A stretch of 63,955 bases of DNA, filler included, from Candidatus Coatesbacteria bacterium (GTDB lineage Bacteria; JAFGND01), in the NCBI GenBank assembly GCA_016927185.1. It is 5 parts of 5 records of this genome, joined end to end, with 100 filler letters (N's around TTAATTAATTAA, not from the genome) between each part and the next. Parts side by side here need not be neighbours in the genome. Positions count along the whole stretch, not along the records: positions 1 to 20,836 come from JAFGND010000080.1; 4 more parts are not named here. One strand, given 5' to 3'. The stretch's first letter is position 1, and each line of letters starts with the position of its first letter. The notes under the pieces are model-generated. The model ran no database searches, was not told where the DNA came from, and saw nothing but the letters and a program-made list of their open reading frames with translations. A program made the position numbers and the translations under genes. Of the stretch, positions 10,377 through 19,898 are shown piece after piece.

Positions 10377-10955
10377 ATGGCGATTGATTTTCGAGATCCT
10401 CAATTGCAGAAAGCTCTTATAATCCTGCTATTGGTTCTTGGTGTTATTGGGTTCTATGGATTTACGGATTATTTACCGATATGCTATCCTGTAACCAAAA
10501 AAGAGATAGCCAAAATAGATAAAGAGATCCAGGATATTCAAACTAAAATCAATAGTATTGGATTAGAAGCTGGTGAAGTGGAAAGACTTCGTGAGGAACT
10601 TCAAGTTTTATCAAAGGAACTTGAAAAGGCAAAAGCAATGCTTCCTCAGGAAGTTGAAATGATAAAATTTATGGAAACCTTGACACGCAGTGCTCGTCAA
10701 ACAGGTTTGGAACTGACTTTAATCCATCCTGATCCTCCTCAGAAGAGAGGTATTTATACTGCTATTCCAATATCTGTAATTGGTACTGGTGGTTATCATC
10801 AGCTAGGAATGTTCATGAATAGCCTTTCAAATCAGACTCGTATTATAGCTGTGAAAGATATTGAAGTGAGTAAATCGAAAGATCCTAATTCACAAGCTAC
10901 TATTGAAGCAAAGATGATAATCGAGACATATATGATGGAAGGTGGTGCCGAATGA
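10377..10955 (+). CDS. pilO: Type IV pilus assembly protein PilO
   Basis: TM helix, coiled coil, LP..., GGYHQLGMF, RII. Confidence 0.88.
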   Translation: MAIDFRDPQLQKALIILLLVLGVIGFYGFTDYLPICYPVTKKEIAKIDKEIQDIQTKINSIGLEAGEVERLREELQVLSKELEKAKAMLPQEVEMIKFMETLTRSARQTGLELTLIHPDPPQKRGIYTAIPISVIGTGGYHQLGMFMNSLSNQTRIIAVKDIEVSKSKDPNSQATIEAKMIIETYMMEGGAE

Positions 10956-11485
10956 AAAGGCTGATTACTTCCTTTATATTTCTGCTGCTTCTTTTTTCAT
11001 TCTCTGGTTGCGGAAAGAGAAAGAAGCCAAAAGAGGTAGCCAAGAAAGATGAGACTCAACAAGTTGTTGCAAAAGTTCCGCAGCAAGGAACTCCTGAACA
11101 ACAGCAGCAGAAAAGCATGCTTGATACAGGTGTAAAGAGAATATATAAAGCCGGCGGGATAAATGGTGAAGGAGCCATGAGAGATCCATTTGCTTCACTG
11201 CTGCAGAAAAGCGGTGTTACAAAAGAGGGTGAAATCAACCTTGAAGGCATGAGGTTGGTTGGTGTTATTGGTGGAACTCACGGCAAGAAGGCTTTATTAC
11301 AGGATGTTGAAGGCAATGGTTATATAGTACGTGCTGGTGACAAGATAGGTGGAGGAAATGTTAGCAACATTTCGGATAATGAAATAATTATTGAACAAGA
11401 AGAACTTGGAATCAAATACCAGGTATCCTTGAAATTAGAAAAAAAGGGTAAGGAGGATAAAAGCTATGGAAAAAGCAATAAGTAG
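10952..11485 (+). CDS. pilP: Type IV pilus assembly lipoprotein PilP
   Basis: Lipobox FSGC, RDPF, L.LVGVI, GYIVRAGDKIG; lies between pilO and pilQ. Confidence 0.8.
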   Translation: MKRLITSFIFLLLLFSFSGCGKRKKPKEVAKKDETQQVVAKVPQQGTPEQQQQKSMLDTGVKRIYKAGGINGEGAMRDPFASLLQKSGVTKEGEINLEGMRLVGVIGGTHGKKALLQDVEGNGYIVRAGDKIGGGNVSNISDNEIIIEQEELGIKYQVSLKLEKKGKEDKSYGKSNK

Positions 11486-13172
11486 ATTGTTCATAGCTGG
11501 AGCATTAATTCTTTTGCTAATATCAAGTCAGATTTATGCTGCAACTATAACAGATATATTCATACACCCGCAAGGTGGTGCGATAAAGAAAATTCCAGGT
11601 AGAGTTGAGAAAGTAAGGATACTTGGGGGAAAAACTGTTATTGAGGTTTTAACAGATTCTCCTTGTTCGGCACAATACTCATTAGCTGCCAATGGTATTA
11701 TCCTTACCATACCAAATTCTACCCATAATTTGTCTGCATATCAATATATGGGAGTAAACAGAGGTGGAGTTAAAACCATAATTGCGAAGCAGATTGCCCC
11801 GACAACTGTTCAGATAGCATTCAATCTTGAATACGCTCCCTCAGGTTTCAATATGAATCAAGGGAATGACAAGATTATTCTTTCTTTTGACAACAAGGAA
11901 AGCATGGCATATAGTGTCTGGAATGCAATCACATATAACCAGGGGGCAAACTTCAATGCTTCAAAGGAATGGTCAAGAACACCATTTTTCAGGGGCGGAA
12001 GCGGAAGAAGAATAAGTCTTGATCTTCAGAGTGCTGAACTCAGGGCAGTTTTGCGTCTGATAGCAGATTATAGCGGTTATAATATAATCAGCGGTGAAGA
12101 TGTAAAAGGAACAGTCACAATAAAAGTCAAGAATGTTTCCTGGAAAAATGCACTTGTAAATATATTGAAAGCAAATGGTTATGCTGCAAAATACGATCAT
12201 GGCATAATAAGGGTTGGAAAAATCAATGATCTGTATCAGGAAGACATTACTGAAGTAAAGAATGAGAGAGACAGAGACGAGCTTATTGATCTTGAGACAA
12301 AAGTGTATTATGTCAATTTTGCAAATGCTGCTGAGCTGAAATCAACAATCACAAAACTTCTTTCAAAGCGCGGTCAGATAGAAATAGATGAGCGTACAAA
12401 CAGCGTGGTTGTTACTGACATACCAAAAGTTCTTGGTAATGTAAATAATATAGTCAAGCAGCTCGATAGCAGAACTCCACAGGTAATGATTGAAGCCAAG
12501 CTAGTTGAAGTTGATTACAGGGCTTCAAAAGAATTTGGAGTAAACTGGAGAGCAGGTAATGCAGAAGATTACACTGTTGATACTCATATGCAAGGTAATG
12601 TTAACCTTGGTGTCGGGAATCCAACTGGGTCAATCCAGTTTGGAACACTGATAAACGGTTTCAATCTTGATGCTACACTCAGTTTCCTTCAGGAAACCAA
12701 TAAGGCAAGAATTCTGTCAGAACCAAGAATTGCAATTGTGAATAATCGCGAAGGAACAGTGATTTCAGGTAAAAAGATACCTTTATCATTAAAAGACGAA
12801 AGTGGAAATACTGTAACCAAGCTTATGGATGTTGGTGTAAAACTGACAGTCAAGCCTCACATCAATTCAGATAACAAGATAACTCTTGATCTTAATCCAG
12901 AAGTAAGTGATCTGTCAGGTGAAGCTACTGTATCAGGAGATATCATAATCCTGACAAGCCAGGCAACAACCCGTCTCATTATCAATGACGGTGAAACAGC
13001 AGTTATTGGTGGAATTATGCGTAGCAAGAAAAGCCAATTGACACGTGCAATTCCAATTCTTTCAAAAATTCCGTTGCTGGGTAAATTATTTGAATACAAG
13101 GCTGACACAGTTGATAGAACGGAACTCCTGATTTTTGTGACACCTCACATTATAAAATCCGGAGATATTTAA
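11466..13172 (+). CDS. pilQ: Type IV pilus secretin PilQ
   Basis: G.RISLD, DERTNS, QVMIEAK, P.LSKIPLLG.LF, TELLIFVTPHI. Confidence 0.95.
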   Translation: MEKAISRLFIAGALILLLISSQIYAATITDIFIHPQGGAIKKIPGRVEKVRILGGKTVIEVLTDSPCSAQYSLAANGIILTIPNSTHNLSAYQYMGVNRGGVKTIIAKQIAPTTVQIAFNLEYAPSGFNMNQGNDKIILSFDNKESMAYSVWNAITYNQGANFNASKEWSRTPFFRGGSGRRISLDLQSAELRAVLRLIADYSGYNIISGEDVKGTVTIKVKNVSWKNALVNILKANGYAAKYDHGIIRVGKINDLYQEDITEVKNERDRDELIDLETKVYYVNFANAAELKSTITKLLSKRGQIEIDERTNSVVVTDIPKVLGNVNNIVKQLDSRTPQVMIEAKLVEVDYRASKEFGVNWRAGNAEDYTVDTHMQGNVNLGVGNPTGSIQFGTLINGFNLDATLSFLQETNKARILSEPRIAIVNNREGTVISGKKIPLSLKDESGNTVTKLMDVGVKLTVKPHINSDNKITLDLNPEVSDLSGEATVSGDIIILTSQATTRLIINDGETAVIGGIMRSKKSQLTRAIPILSKIPLLGKLFEYKADTVDRTELLIFVTPHIIKSGDI

Positions 13173-13199
13173 TATAGAACCTTTCATAGTACCTCAACA

Positions 13200-13238
13200 G
13201 AAAGGGGAGTTAAACACTCTCCTTTTTGTTTTTTCTTT
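13200..13238 (+). terminator. Intrinsic terminator after pilQ
   Basis: AAAGGGGAGT...ACTCTCCTTT hairpin plus T-tract. Confidence 0.7.
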
Positions 13239-13244
13239 CAGGAC

Positions 13245-13961
13245 ATGGAATTACTTTTAGTTGTTTTTGTTACCCTGATGTTCATTGGGATTGTTTTTAT
13301 GATATTCGCAGTTACAATATTTTTCATAATAAAATCAACTGGGAAATTCCAGAAAAAAACAGCAATGACATTTCAGGAACTGGCACATGAGTTCAAGGGA
13401 AAATACCATGAAGCAGGTCCCAGATTTGGAAGGATAGCTGCATTATTTCAGGGAAGGAAAGCTCTTCATGATTTCAGTAAAAAATACAGAGGTGGTTATT
13501 ATCCTGCATTGAGCTTCCCTGTAAAAGGAGGGGAAGGAATAGTTTTGTTTCAGACAACTGGAACAGAAGAAACCCTTGAGTACTGGACTGACATTGTAAT
13601 AACCCTGGATAAGCCTTTTGGGAAAAACATCTCTGTTTGCAGGGAAGGTTATATTGATAAGTTTACCAAACTTCTAGGTGCACAAGACATACAAGTAGGA
13701 GATTCTGAATTTAACAGAAGATTCATAATAAAAAGTGATGATGAGATATTTGCCTTGAATAAACTTGACATTGCTGCTAGGAAGATAATTAACAGAATAT
13801 CAATGCTTACAAGAGGCTATTCTGAGGTGAGGGTTGGCAGCAATATTTTCATTAGAATAAACGGATTTCTTGATGAAAAGGGAAAAATCAGAGAATACTT
13901 GATACTTGCAATGGATTTATGCAGGCATTTCATAAGAAGCATTGATGAAGCAAACCTGTAA
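13245..13961 (+). CDS. Hypothetical membrane-anchored protein
   Basis: 238-aa ORF with an N-terminal TM helix and DIQVGD.EF..RFII segment. Confidence 0.7.
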   Translation: MELLLVVFVTLMFIGIVFMIFAVTIFFIIKSTGKFQKKTAMTFQELAHEFKGKYHEAGPRFGRIAALFQGRKALHDFSKKYRGGYYPALSFPVKGGEGIVLFQTTGTEETLEYWTDIVITLDKPFGKNISVCREGYIDKFTKLLGAQDIQVGDSEFNRRFIIKSDDEIFALNKLDIAARKIINRISMLTRGYSEVRVGSNIFIRINGFLDEKGKIREYLILAMDLCRHFIRSIDEANL

Positions 13962-14103
13962 TGAGTTACAGTAAAGTTTTCCTGTCGGATGAGCAATTGC
14001 AGGAGAATTGTTTTTTCATGCATTTAAGGAGGGACTAAAACAATACTTGACGTCCATTGAGCATCTATCAAATTGATGCACTAAACTTTAAAAAAGCAAA
14101 AGA

Positions 14104-14856
14104 ATGATAAAAAAACTACTGGAACCTTATTTCAATTGGATAGGAACTTTTTCTATTTTCTTTTCAAGCACCTTGATAAGGCTATCATCTGCTCCCCACT
14201 ATTTAAAAGAGATATTGGAACAGATATATTTCATGGGTAATAGATCCCTTCCGCTTATAACAGTCACAAGTGCATTTACCGGCATGGTTACGGCAATCCA
14301 GACTTTTTATCAGCTGGAAGATTATACGCCCCAGAAATTCGTGGGAAGTGTTGTAGGAAAGACACTTTTAATAGAACTGGGTCCGGTCCTTACCAGCCTT
14401 CTTATCAGCGGCAGGGTAGGTGCAGCAATTGCAGCAGAACTTGGTACAATGAAAGTCACAGAACAGATAGATGCAATTGAGACACTGGCAATAGATCCTA
14501 TAAAGTATCTTGTTGTACCAAGATTTGTTGCAGGATTGATAGTACTGCCAGCACTTGGATTGTATGCTGACTGGATTGGTGTTTTCAGCGGCTGGTATGT
14601 CTCTGTCTACAGTCTTGGTATAGACTCAACTGAATATATAAAAGGTGTACAGGACTTTTGTACATCTTTCGATCTCTTTTTTGGATTGTTAAAGGCTTTC
14701 ATATTTGGAGGAGTAATAACACTCGTGAGCTGCTTTGAGGGATTCAATACAAGGGGTGGAGCTGAAGGGGTTGGAATTCATACTACAAGAGGAGTTGTAA
14801 TAAGCTCACTTTTCATTCTTCTTCTTGATTTCTTTATTGCTCATACTATTCTTTAA
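14104..14856 (+). CDS. mlaE: MlaE family ABC transporter permease
   Basis: ELGPVLT, GRVGAAIAAELGTMKVTEQIDA, LVVPR, GGAEGVG. Confidence 0.93.
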   Translation: MIKKLLEPYFNWIGTFSIFFSSTLIRLSSAPHYLKEILEQIYFMGNRSLPLITVTSAFTGMVTAIQTFYQLEDYTPQKFVGSVVGKTLLIELGPVLTSLLISGRVGAAIAAELGTMKVTEQIDAIETLAIDPIKYLVVPRFVAGLIVLPALGLYADWIGVFSGWYVSVYSLGIDSTEYIKGVQDFCTSFDLFFGLLKAFIFGGVITLVSCFEGFNTRGGAEGVGIHTTRGVVISSLFILLLDFFIAHTIL

Positions 14857-15717
14857 ATCCTCTGTTCTCGTTTCAGCCAGGATAACATATTCTTTCTCTG
14901 TTTCATAACCTATATATCTGCGTCCAAGTTTTAATGCAGAAGCGAGTGCTGTTCCACTTCCACAAAAAGGATCAAGTACAACATCGTCTCTGAAACAATA
15001 CAATTTTATCAGTCTATCTGAAAGTTCCTCAGGGAAAGGAGCTGGATGACCTGTTCTTTTTGCTGATACTGGCTGCATTCTCCATATACTCTTTGTATAT
15101 TCAACGAATTCCTCATTAGTAATAGTGCTTGTCATGTCAGTTTTTTTTCTTGAGAAATCACCCTTGGAAAATATAAGTATATATTCATGGATATCTCTCA
15201 GAACAGGATTTGATGCAGAACAGAAGCTTCCCCATGCGCAAGATGCTCCTGCAGCTGCAGATTTATCCCATATTATTTCACCCCTCATCATGAAATCTGC
15301 TTGCATCATTATTTTTATTATATGAAAATGAAGGGGAATATATGGTTTTCTTCCAATATTAGCTATATTTATGCATGCTCTTCCGCCATTAACAAGAACC
15401 CGATATGTTTCCCTGAAAACCTTTTCAAGCATATACAAGTACTCTTCCAGTGACAAGTCCCTGTCATATTCCTTGCATGCATTATATGGGGGAGAGGTTA
15501 TCATCAAATGAATACTCTGATCCGGCAATTCATGCATTTCCTCGCTTGAATGATTGTATATCCTGTTGATAATGCTTTCATCCATATGATTTTCCATGGA
15601 TTGAGTAACCTTCTTGCCTGCCATTGATTTATACATCTTGCTTTCATAGAAGATTGTTGCATCATGGCTAATTCGCTCTGAAGATCCGAATGACTTTGTT
15701 CTTGATTGTTTTTTCAT
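14806..15717 (-). CDS. Orphan site-specific DNA methyltransferase (N4-C/N6-A, beta class)
   Basis: ITSPPY (motif IV) precedes HPAPFP and VLDPFCGSGT (motif I); no adjacent endonuclease. Confidence 0.9.
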   Translation of the reverse strand: MKKQSRTKSFGSSERISHDATIFYESKMYKSMAGKKVTQSMENHMDESIINRIYNHSSEEMHELPDQSIHLMITSPPYNACKEYDRDLSLEEYLYMLEKVFRETYRVLVNGGRACINIANIGRKPYIPLHFHIIKIMMQADFMMRGEIIWDKSAAAGASCAWGSFCSASNPVLRDIHEYILIFSKGDFSRKKTDMTSTITNEEFVEYTKSIWRMQPVSAKRTGHPAPFPEELSDRLIKLYCFRDDVVLDPFCGSGTALASALKLGRRYIGYETEKEYVILAETRTEDLKNSMSNKEIKKKNEK

Positions 15718-15878
15718 GTGCATAATTGAAAATACTGATGAATTCAAGTCAAATAAATTATCAGGAATTCTTTGGTTTTTTGCCGTCTTTATATGTTCTG
15801 ATTGTTTTTACTGTTTGAAATACCAGGAAGCTGTTTTTTTCAAGGGAATTTGCAATAGCAAGTTTGCTTAAAAAAGGC

Positions 15879-15906
15879 TTGACAAAAAAAGTGATTTGAT
15901 TATAAT
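15879..15906 (+). promoter_or_regulatory. Consensus sigma70 promoter
   Basis: TTGACA-16 nt-TATAAT upstream of the two acidic peptide genes. Confidence 0.75.
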
Positions 15907-15967
15907 ATCAGCAAGGTTTAAAAGGGATATTAAGAAAAACCGCTACAATCTATAATGGAGGTCTGAA

Positions 15968-16153
15968 ATGAAAAGATTCCTACTTTTGTTAGGACTCGTA
16001 CTTATGCTCTCTACCTGGGCAATCGCAGAAGATGAAGATAGTGATGATGGAGATGACACAGGAACTACCGAAACATCAACAGGAACATCAGATACAGGTG
16101 ATGACACAGGTGATGACACAGGAGATGACACAGGTGATGACGACGAAGAATAA
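15968..16153 (+). CDS. Small secreted acidic D/T/G-rich peptide 1
   Basis: GGAGG RBS, signal peptide ending AIA, then DDTG repeats. Confidence 0.75.
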   Translation: MKRFLLLLGLVLMLSTWAIAEDEDSDDGDDTGTTETSTGTSDTGDDTGDDTGDDTGDDDEE

Positions 16154-16225
16154 TTAAAAGGGTATTTAAACAATAAATTTGAAGAAGGCTAGATTTTCTA
16201 GCCTTTAATTTTAAAAGGAGGATAA

Positions 16226-16420
16226 ATGAAAAAGCTCTTGTTGACAATCGCATTTGCTCTCTTGCTTTCAAGCTGGGCATTTGCAGAGGATGATGGCGGT
16301 TGTGGGGATGACACTGATACAGGAACTACGGATACAGGGACAACTGATACCGGTTCAACTGACACTGGTTCAACTGATACTGATACAGATACAGATACCG
16401 GTGACGAAGATACTGAATAA
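16226..16420 (+). CDS. Small secreted acidic D/T/G-rich peptide 2
   Basis: AGGAGG RBS, signal peptide ending AFA, then TDTG and DT repeats. Confidence 0.75.
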   Translation: MKKLLLTIAFALLLSSWAFAEDDGGCGDDTDTGTTDTGTTDTGSTDTGSTDTDTDTDTGDEDTE

Positions 16421-16433
16421 AATCAATAATTAA

Positions 16434-16461
16434 GTGGAGCTTTTTAACAAGCTCCACATTT
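16434..16461 (+). terminator. Hairpin after the acidic peptide genes
   Basis: GTGGAGCTT...AAGCTCCAC inverted repeat; a second hairpin AAGGCTAGA/TCTAGCCTT at 16185-16205 lies between the two genes. Confidence 0.55.
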
Positions 16462-16474
16462 CAAGGGAGGAATC

Positions 16475-16957
16475 ATGCAGGTGCTGATAATCTATTACTC
16501 ACGATCAGGAAATACCGAGAAACTGGCTTCAGAAATTGCAAAAGGCGTAACAGAAGTAGAAGATGTAAGCTACATAATGAAACCTGTTGCTGAAGTCACA
16601 AGGGAAGATTTTCTTGGATCAGAGGGAATAATTGCAGGATCTCCAGTATATTTCGGAACAATGGCTTCGGAACTTAAGGAAACACTTGACAAATTTGTAA
16701 GCATTAGACCAAAGATGGGAAACAAAGTCGGGGCAGCATTTGCCACAGGTGGTGCTGTAGCAGGAGGAATTGAGACAACCTTGATTTCCATAATTGAAGC
16801 ATTCCTGATTTATGGAATGATTGTTGTAGGAGATCCCCTTGATGCAACAGGGCATTATGGGATTGCCTGCATAGGCTCTCCTGACGAGAAAGTCTCCCTG
16901 AATGCAAGAAAACTTGGAAAAAGGGTTGCCTCGCTGGTTAAAAAACTTAATAGTTAA
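16475..16957 (+). CDS. WrbA/flavodoxin family NAD(P)H-dependent oxidoreductase
   Basis: YYSRSGNT, GSPVYFG, KVGAAFATGG..GG.E. Confidence 0.9.
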   Translation: MQVLIIYYSRSGNTEKLASEIAKGVTEVEDVSYIMKPVAEVTREDFLGSEGIIAGSPVYFGTMASELKETLDKFVSIRPKMGNKVGAAFATGGAVAGGIETTLISIIEAFLIYGMIVVGDPLDATGHYGIACIGSPDEKVSLNARKLGKRVASLVKKLNS

Positions 16958-16966
16958 TATTTTGAA

Positions 16967-18232
16967 ATGAATTTCTTGTTTCTTGTCATGTTGTTTTTCT
17001 TTTCAGCAGAAAAAGAAAACATGGAAGTAGCTGACAGTCTCGATTTCAAGGATGAGCAAGCTTACTCTCAGAATTTTGAGAAAGTATGGGAGGATTTCAA
17101 TAATAATTATCCAAAATTCTTCAAAAAAGCAACTGACTGGCAGTCAGTAAAAAAAGAATACTCTGAAAAGGTAGAAAAAGTTAAGGATGATTTAAATTAT
17201 ACTAAAATTATTTCAGAAATGTTAGATGATTTGTATGATCCGGGATTAGAGAGTATGTATATCTACGGATACATGAAGAGGCATTCCTGTTATGACATAT
17301 ATGCCAGAATGATAGATAACAAGGCAATTGTACTTGATGTAAAAAAGGGAAGTGCTGCTGAAAGAGCAGGGATCAGGAAAGGCGATGTTATAGAAAAAAT
17401 TTCAGGGCAGGAAATATCAACTTTACTTCCTGCTGCATCTGACAAGGAAAAAAGGGAATGGTTTCTGAATAAAGCTTTGTCAGGAAAAATTCTTGAAAAC
17501 AGGAAATTTACTGTAGTATCCGGAAAGAAAAGATATGAAACTGTTATTGAGGCAGATGACAGCTTCCTGGAAGACAAAACAGGTGTTCAGGCAAAGATTT
17601 TCAAGAATCAATGTGGTTATCTGAGAATAGATAATTTCCTGCTCAGGAAAAACGAATTACTTGAAAAATCACTTGCTTATCTCAAGGACTGCAAGGGAAT
17701 CATGATAGATCTGAGAGGAAGCAGTGGGGAATGGGTTGCAGCAAAGAGATTTCTGGGGCATTTCATGAAAAAGAAGACAATACTCTATTATCTGGCAATG
17801 AGAGAATCCAAAAATTCTGCTGATCTTGGGAAGCTTGCTCCTGTTTTTACAGATCCTGAACAGCCCTATTATTCATTTCCCGTTGTAATTCTTGTTGACA
17901 GATGGACAAGACAGGGAGCAGCAAGATTTGCTTTCACAATGGACAGCATTGGAAGGGCAAAAGTGATAGGAGATGCAATCAGCCATGATTTTGAAAGTGT
18001 CAGTAATCCGTCAAAAGCAATAACAGCGTATCGCATTGTCTCCCCGAAACTTACGATTTTCCACAATGCAGGATTTCATTTCAGTTATTTCGAACCTGAG
18101 AAAGTACTTGAAAACAAAGATTTGGTAGAATCTGCAAACCAGAAGCTAATTCAGCTTATAATGCTCAAGGAGGATCAGGAAGCAATTGACAAGCTTTTCG
18201 GTCCAGGGCTTATCATTGATGAAAACAACTGA
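16967..18232 (+). CDS. S41-family peptidase-like protein with PDZ domain (catalytic motif degenerate)
   Basis: GSAAERAGIRKGD (PDZ), GYLRI..F, IDLRG, PVVILVD, VIG. Confidence 0.75.
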   Translation: MNFLFLVMLFFFSAEKENMEVADSLDFKDEQAYSQNFEKVWEDFNNNYPKFFKKATDWQSVKKEYSEKVEKVKDDLNYTKIISEMLDDLYDPGLESMYIYGYMKRHSCYDIYARMIDNKAIVLDVKKGSAAERAGIRKGDVIEKISGQEISTLLPAASDKEKREWFLNKALSGKILENRKFTVVSGKKRYETVIEADDSFLEDKTGVQAKIFKNQCGYLRIDNFLLRKNELLEKSLAYLKDCKGIMIDLRGSSGEWVAAKRFLGHFMKKKTILYYLAMRESKNSADLGKLAPVFTDPEQPYYSFPVVILVDRWTRQGAARFAFTMDSIGRAKVIGDAISHDFESVSNPSKAITAYRIVSPKLTIFHNAGFHFSYFEPEKVLENKDLVESANQKLIQLIMLKEDQEAIDKLFGPGLIIDENN

Positions 18233-18380
18233 TGAAAAAAGCGGAGTGGAACTGCCACTTGATAATCATTCTTCTTCAGAAAGCAAAGAACCTGCAAAAT
18301 GGCTGCCTGAATTCATAAAGAAAATAATAAGATTCTTGAACAGGAAGTCGGATAACACGAATGATCCATTCAGTGCTTGA
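18219..18380 (+). CDS. Small hypothetical protein (MKTTDEK...)
   Basis: Fills the gap between the S41 gene and the convergent radical SAM gene; ATG overlaps the upstream gene end. Confidence 0.35.
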   Translation: MKTTDEKSGVELPLDNHSSSESKEPAKWLPEFIKKIIRFLNRKSDNTNDPFSA

Positions 18381-18381
18381 T

Positions 18382-19446
18382 TTACTTCTTAATCATTCCA
18401 ATTATTGATTTAAGGCTTCTCTGGATATTCAGATGAGCCTCACACTGCATCCAGCAATGGCATCTATTCTCTTTTATGAATGTCCTTACTTTCTCAGCTT
18501 CTTCCTCAAGCCAGAATCTGGAAAAATCGTTTTCCCTGATATTCCCGAAGCATTTGTCTAACATTATGCATGGGTAAACATTTCCAAGTGGGTCGAGAAA
18601 CAGGCTGTGACTTCCACTGAAACATGGTATCATTCTTCTCGGTTTCTTCTGGTATTCAATTGATTTCTCCAGGAAAAACCTGTTTCTTGCAGCACTCAGT
18701 TTTTTCTGAATCCCTTTTTCCATGCTTGCATCTTCAGTGAGTCTTGAAAGAACCCTGAAAACCTCATTCAGTTTCTCATTATCCCACAAAAATTCCTTGT
18801 CCCTGTTTACGAAATATATGCTGCTTTGCTGGACAAACTGAAGGAAAAAGCCCATGCCAAGGCTCTCTGCATATTCCTTTACCTTCTCTATTTCCCTGAA
18901 ATTAAGTGGTGTCAATGTGAAGGAAATTGACAGGTTAAGCCTTTCCTTGAAGCCGATGAGTGCCTCAATTGTCTTAATGGTTCTGTCATATGCTCCCTTT
19001 ATTCCCCTGATTTCGTCATTCAGTGGTCCCAGTGCATCAAGGGAAATGGAAAGGTTAAGCTTGCTTGATTCTGTTTGCTCAAGAATTGTCTTTATAGTAT
19101 TCACTATGAGGCTGGTTGAAAGTCCGTTTGTCTGCAGATCTATGTCAACTGACCGGAATTCCTTCAAGAAAAAGATAGTCATTTCTGCCAGGTCTTTTCT
19201 TATGAATGGTTCACCGCCAGTTATGTTTATTTTCTTCAGGGATTTCAGAAGTGGATTGTTCGAAAAAAATGATTTTATCTCGTCAATACTCAGCTCAGCT
19301 TTGTCTTCATCATTTCCCCTTTCCCAGATATTACAAATTATGCACTTGCTGTTGCATCTGTATGTAACTGCGAAAGTAACTCTTATAATATCCTTTGGGG
19401 AAGGTGGTTTCAAGAGCAATTCAGTTGCCCTTATGATCTTGCCCAT
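18382..19446 (-). CDS. Radical SAM/SPASM domain protein
   Basis: CNSKCIIC, ITGGEPF, TNG, SISLD; C-terminal C..G...DPLGNVYPC...CHCW.C. Confidence 0.92.
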   Translation of the reverse strand: MGKIIRATELLLKPPSPKDIIRVTFAVTYRCNSKCIICNIWERGNDEDKAELSIDEIKSFFSNNPLLKSLKKINITGGEPFIRKDLAEMTIFFLKEFRSVDIDLQTNGLSTSLIVNTIKTILEQTESSKLNLSISLDALGPLNDEIRGIKGAYDRTIKTIEALIGFKERLNLSISFTLTPLNFREIEKVKEYAESLGMGFFLQFVQQSSIYFVNRDKEFLWDNEKLNEVFRVLSRLTEDASMEKGIQKKLSAARNRFFLEKSIEYQKKPRRMIPCFSGSHSLFLDPLGNVYPCIMLDKCFGNIRENDFSRFWLEEEAEKVRTFIKENRCHCWMQCEAHLNIQRSLKSIIGMIKK

Positions 19447-19448
19447 TC

Positions 19449-19898
19449 TTATTCTTCTTTTAGGAGTTTGTATGCAGCATTGAGATCGAAGCCATTTCTT
19501 TCTACTGCTGAGAGAAATCTCCTTTTTGCAGAATCATTTTCCTCTGTCATATATTTATTGTATAAACTGAAAAGAGCTTCTTCTTCTTCATCGAGACTGT
19601 AAAGTATCTTGAGTTGATCGTTAATGAAGTTGTTCTGGAAACCTCGTTTGAGAAGTTCCTGCAATATCCAGAATCTACCTTTGCCCTTGTCCTTGTAATA
19701 AATGATTATGTTGTTTACAGACTGGATCTCGCTATAAATGCCAGAATCAACTAACTGTGTAAGCAGGTTTTTTGCAGATTCGCCATTAATACCTTTCTCC
19801 TTGAGTTCCTTAAGCAATTCCTTCTTGCTTATGGGCTTTCTTGTAGCAATGCGAACCGCTATTTTCCAATGTTCTAGATTCTGATCTTTTTCATTCAT
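19449..19898 (-). CDS. recX: RecX-like regulatory protein
   Basis: A.R....S..EL...L..KG, KG...I.QEL..RG and C-terminal R.GF pattern. Confidence 0.65.
   Translation of the reverse strand: MNEKDQNLEHWKIAVRIATRKPISKKELLKELKEKGINGESAKNLLTQLVDSGIYSEIQSVNNIIIYYKDKGKGRFWILQELLKRGFQNNFINDQLKILYSLDEEEEALFSLYNKYMTEENDSAKRRFLSAVERNGFDLNAAYKLLKEE

Noticed and set aside
18219-18229. ATGAAAACAAC shared with the array unit at 57345
   Set aside because: Only 11 nt of low-complexity sequence; it also occurs inside the integrase gene
18854-19483. Long antisense ORFs such as 18854-19483, 20273-20734, 21871-22260 and 50870-51295
   Set aside because: Shadows of well-supported genes on the opposite strand with no recognisable motifs
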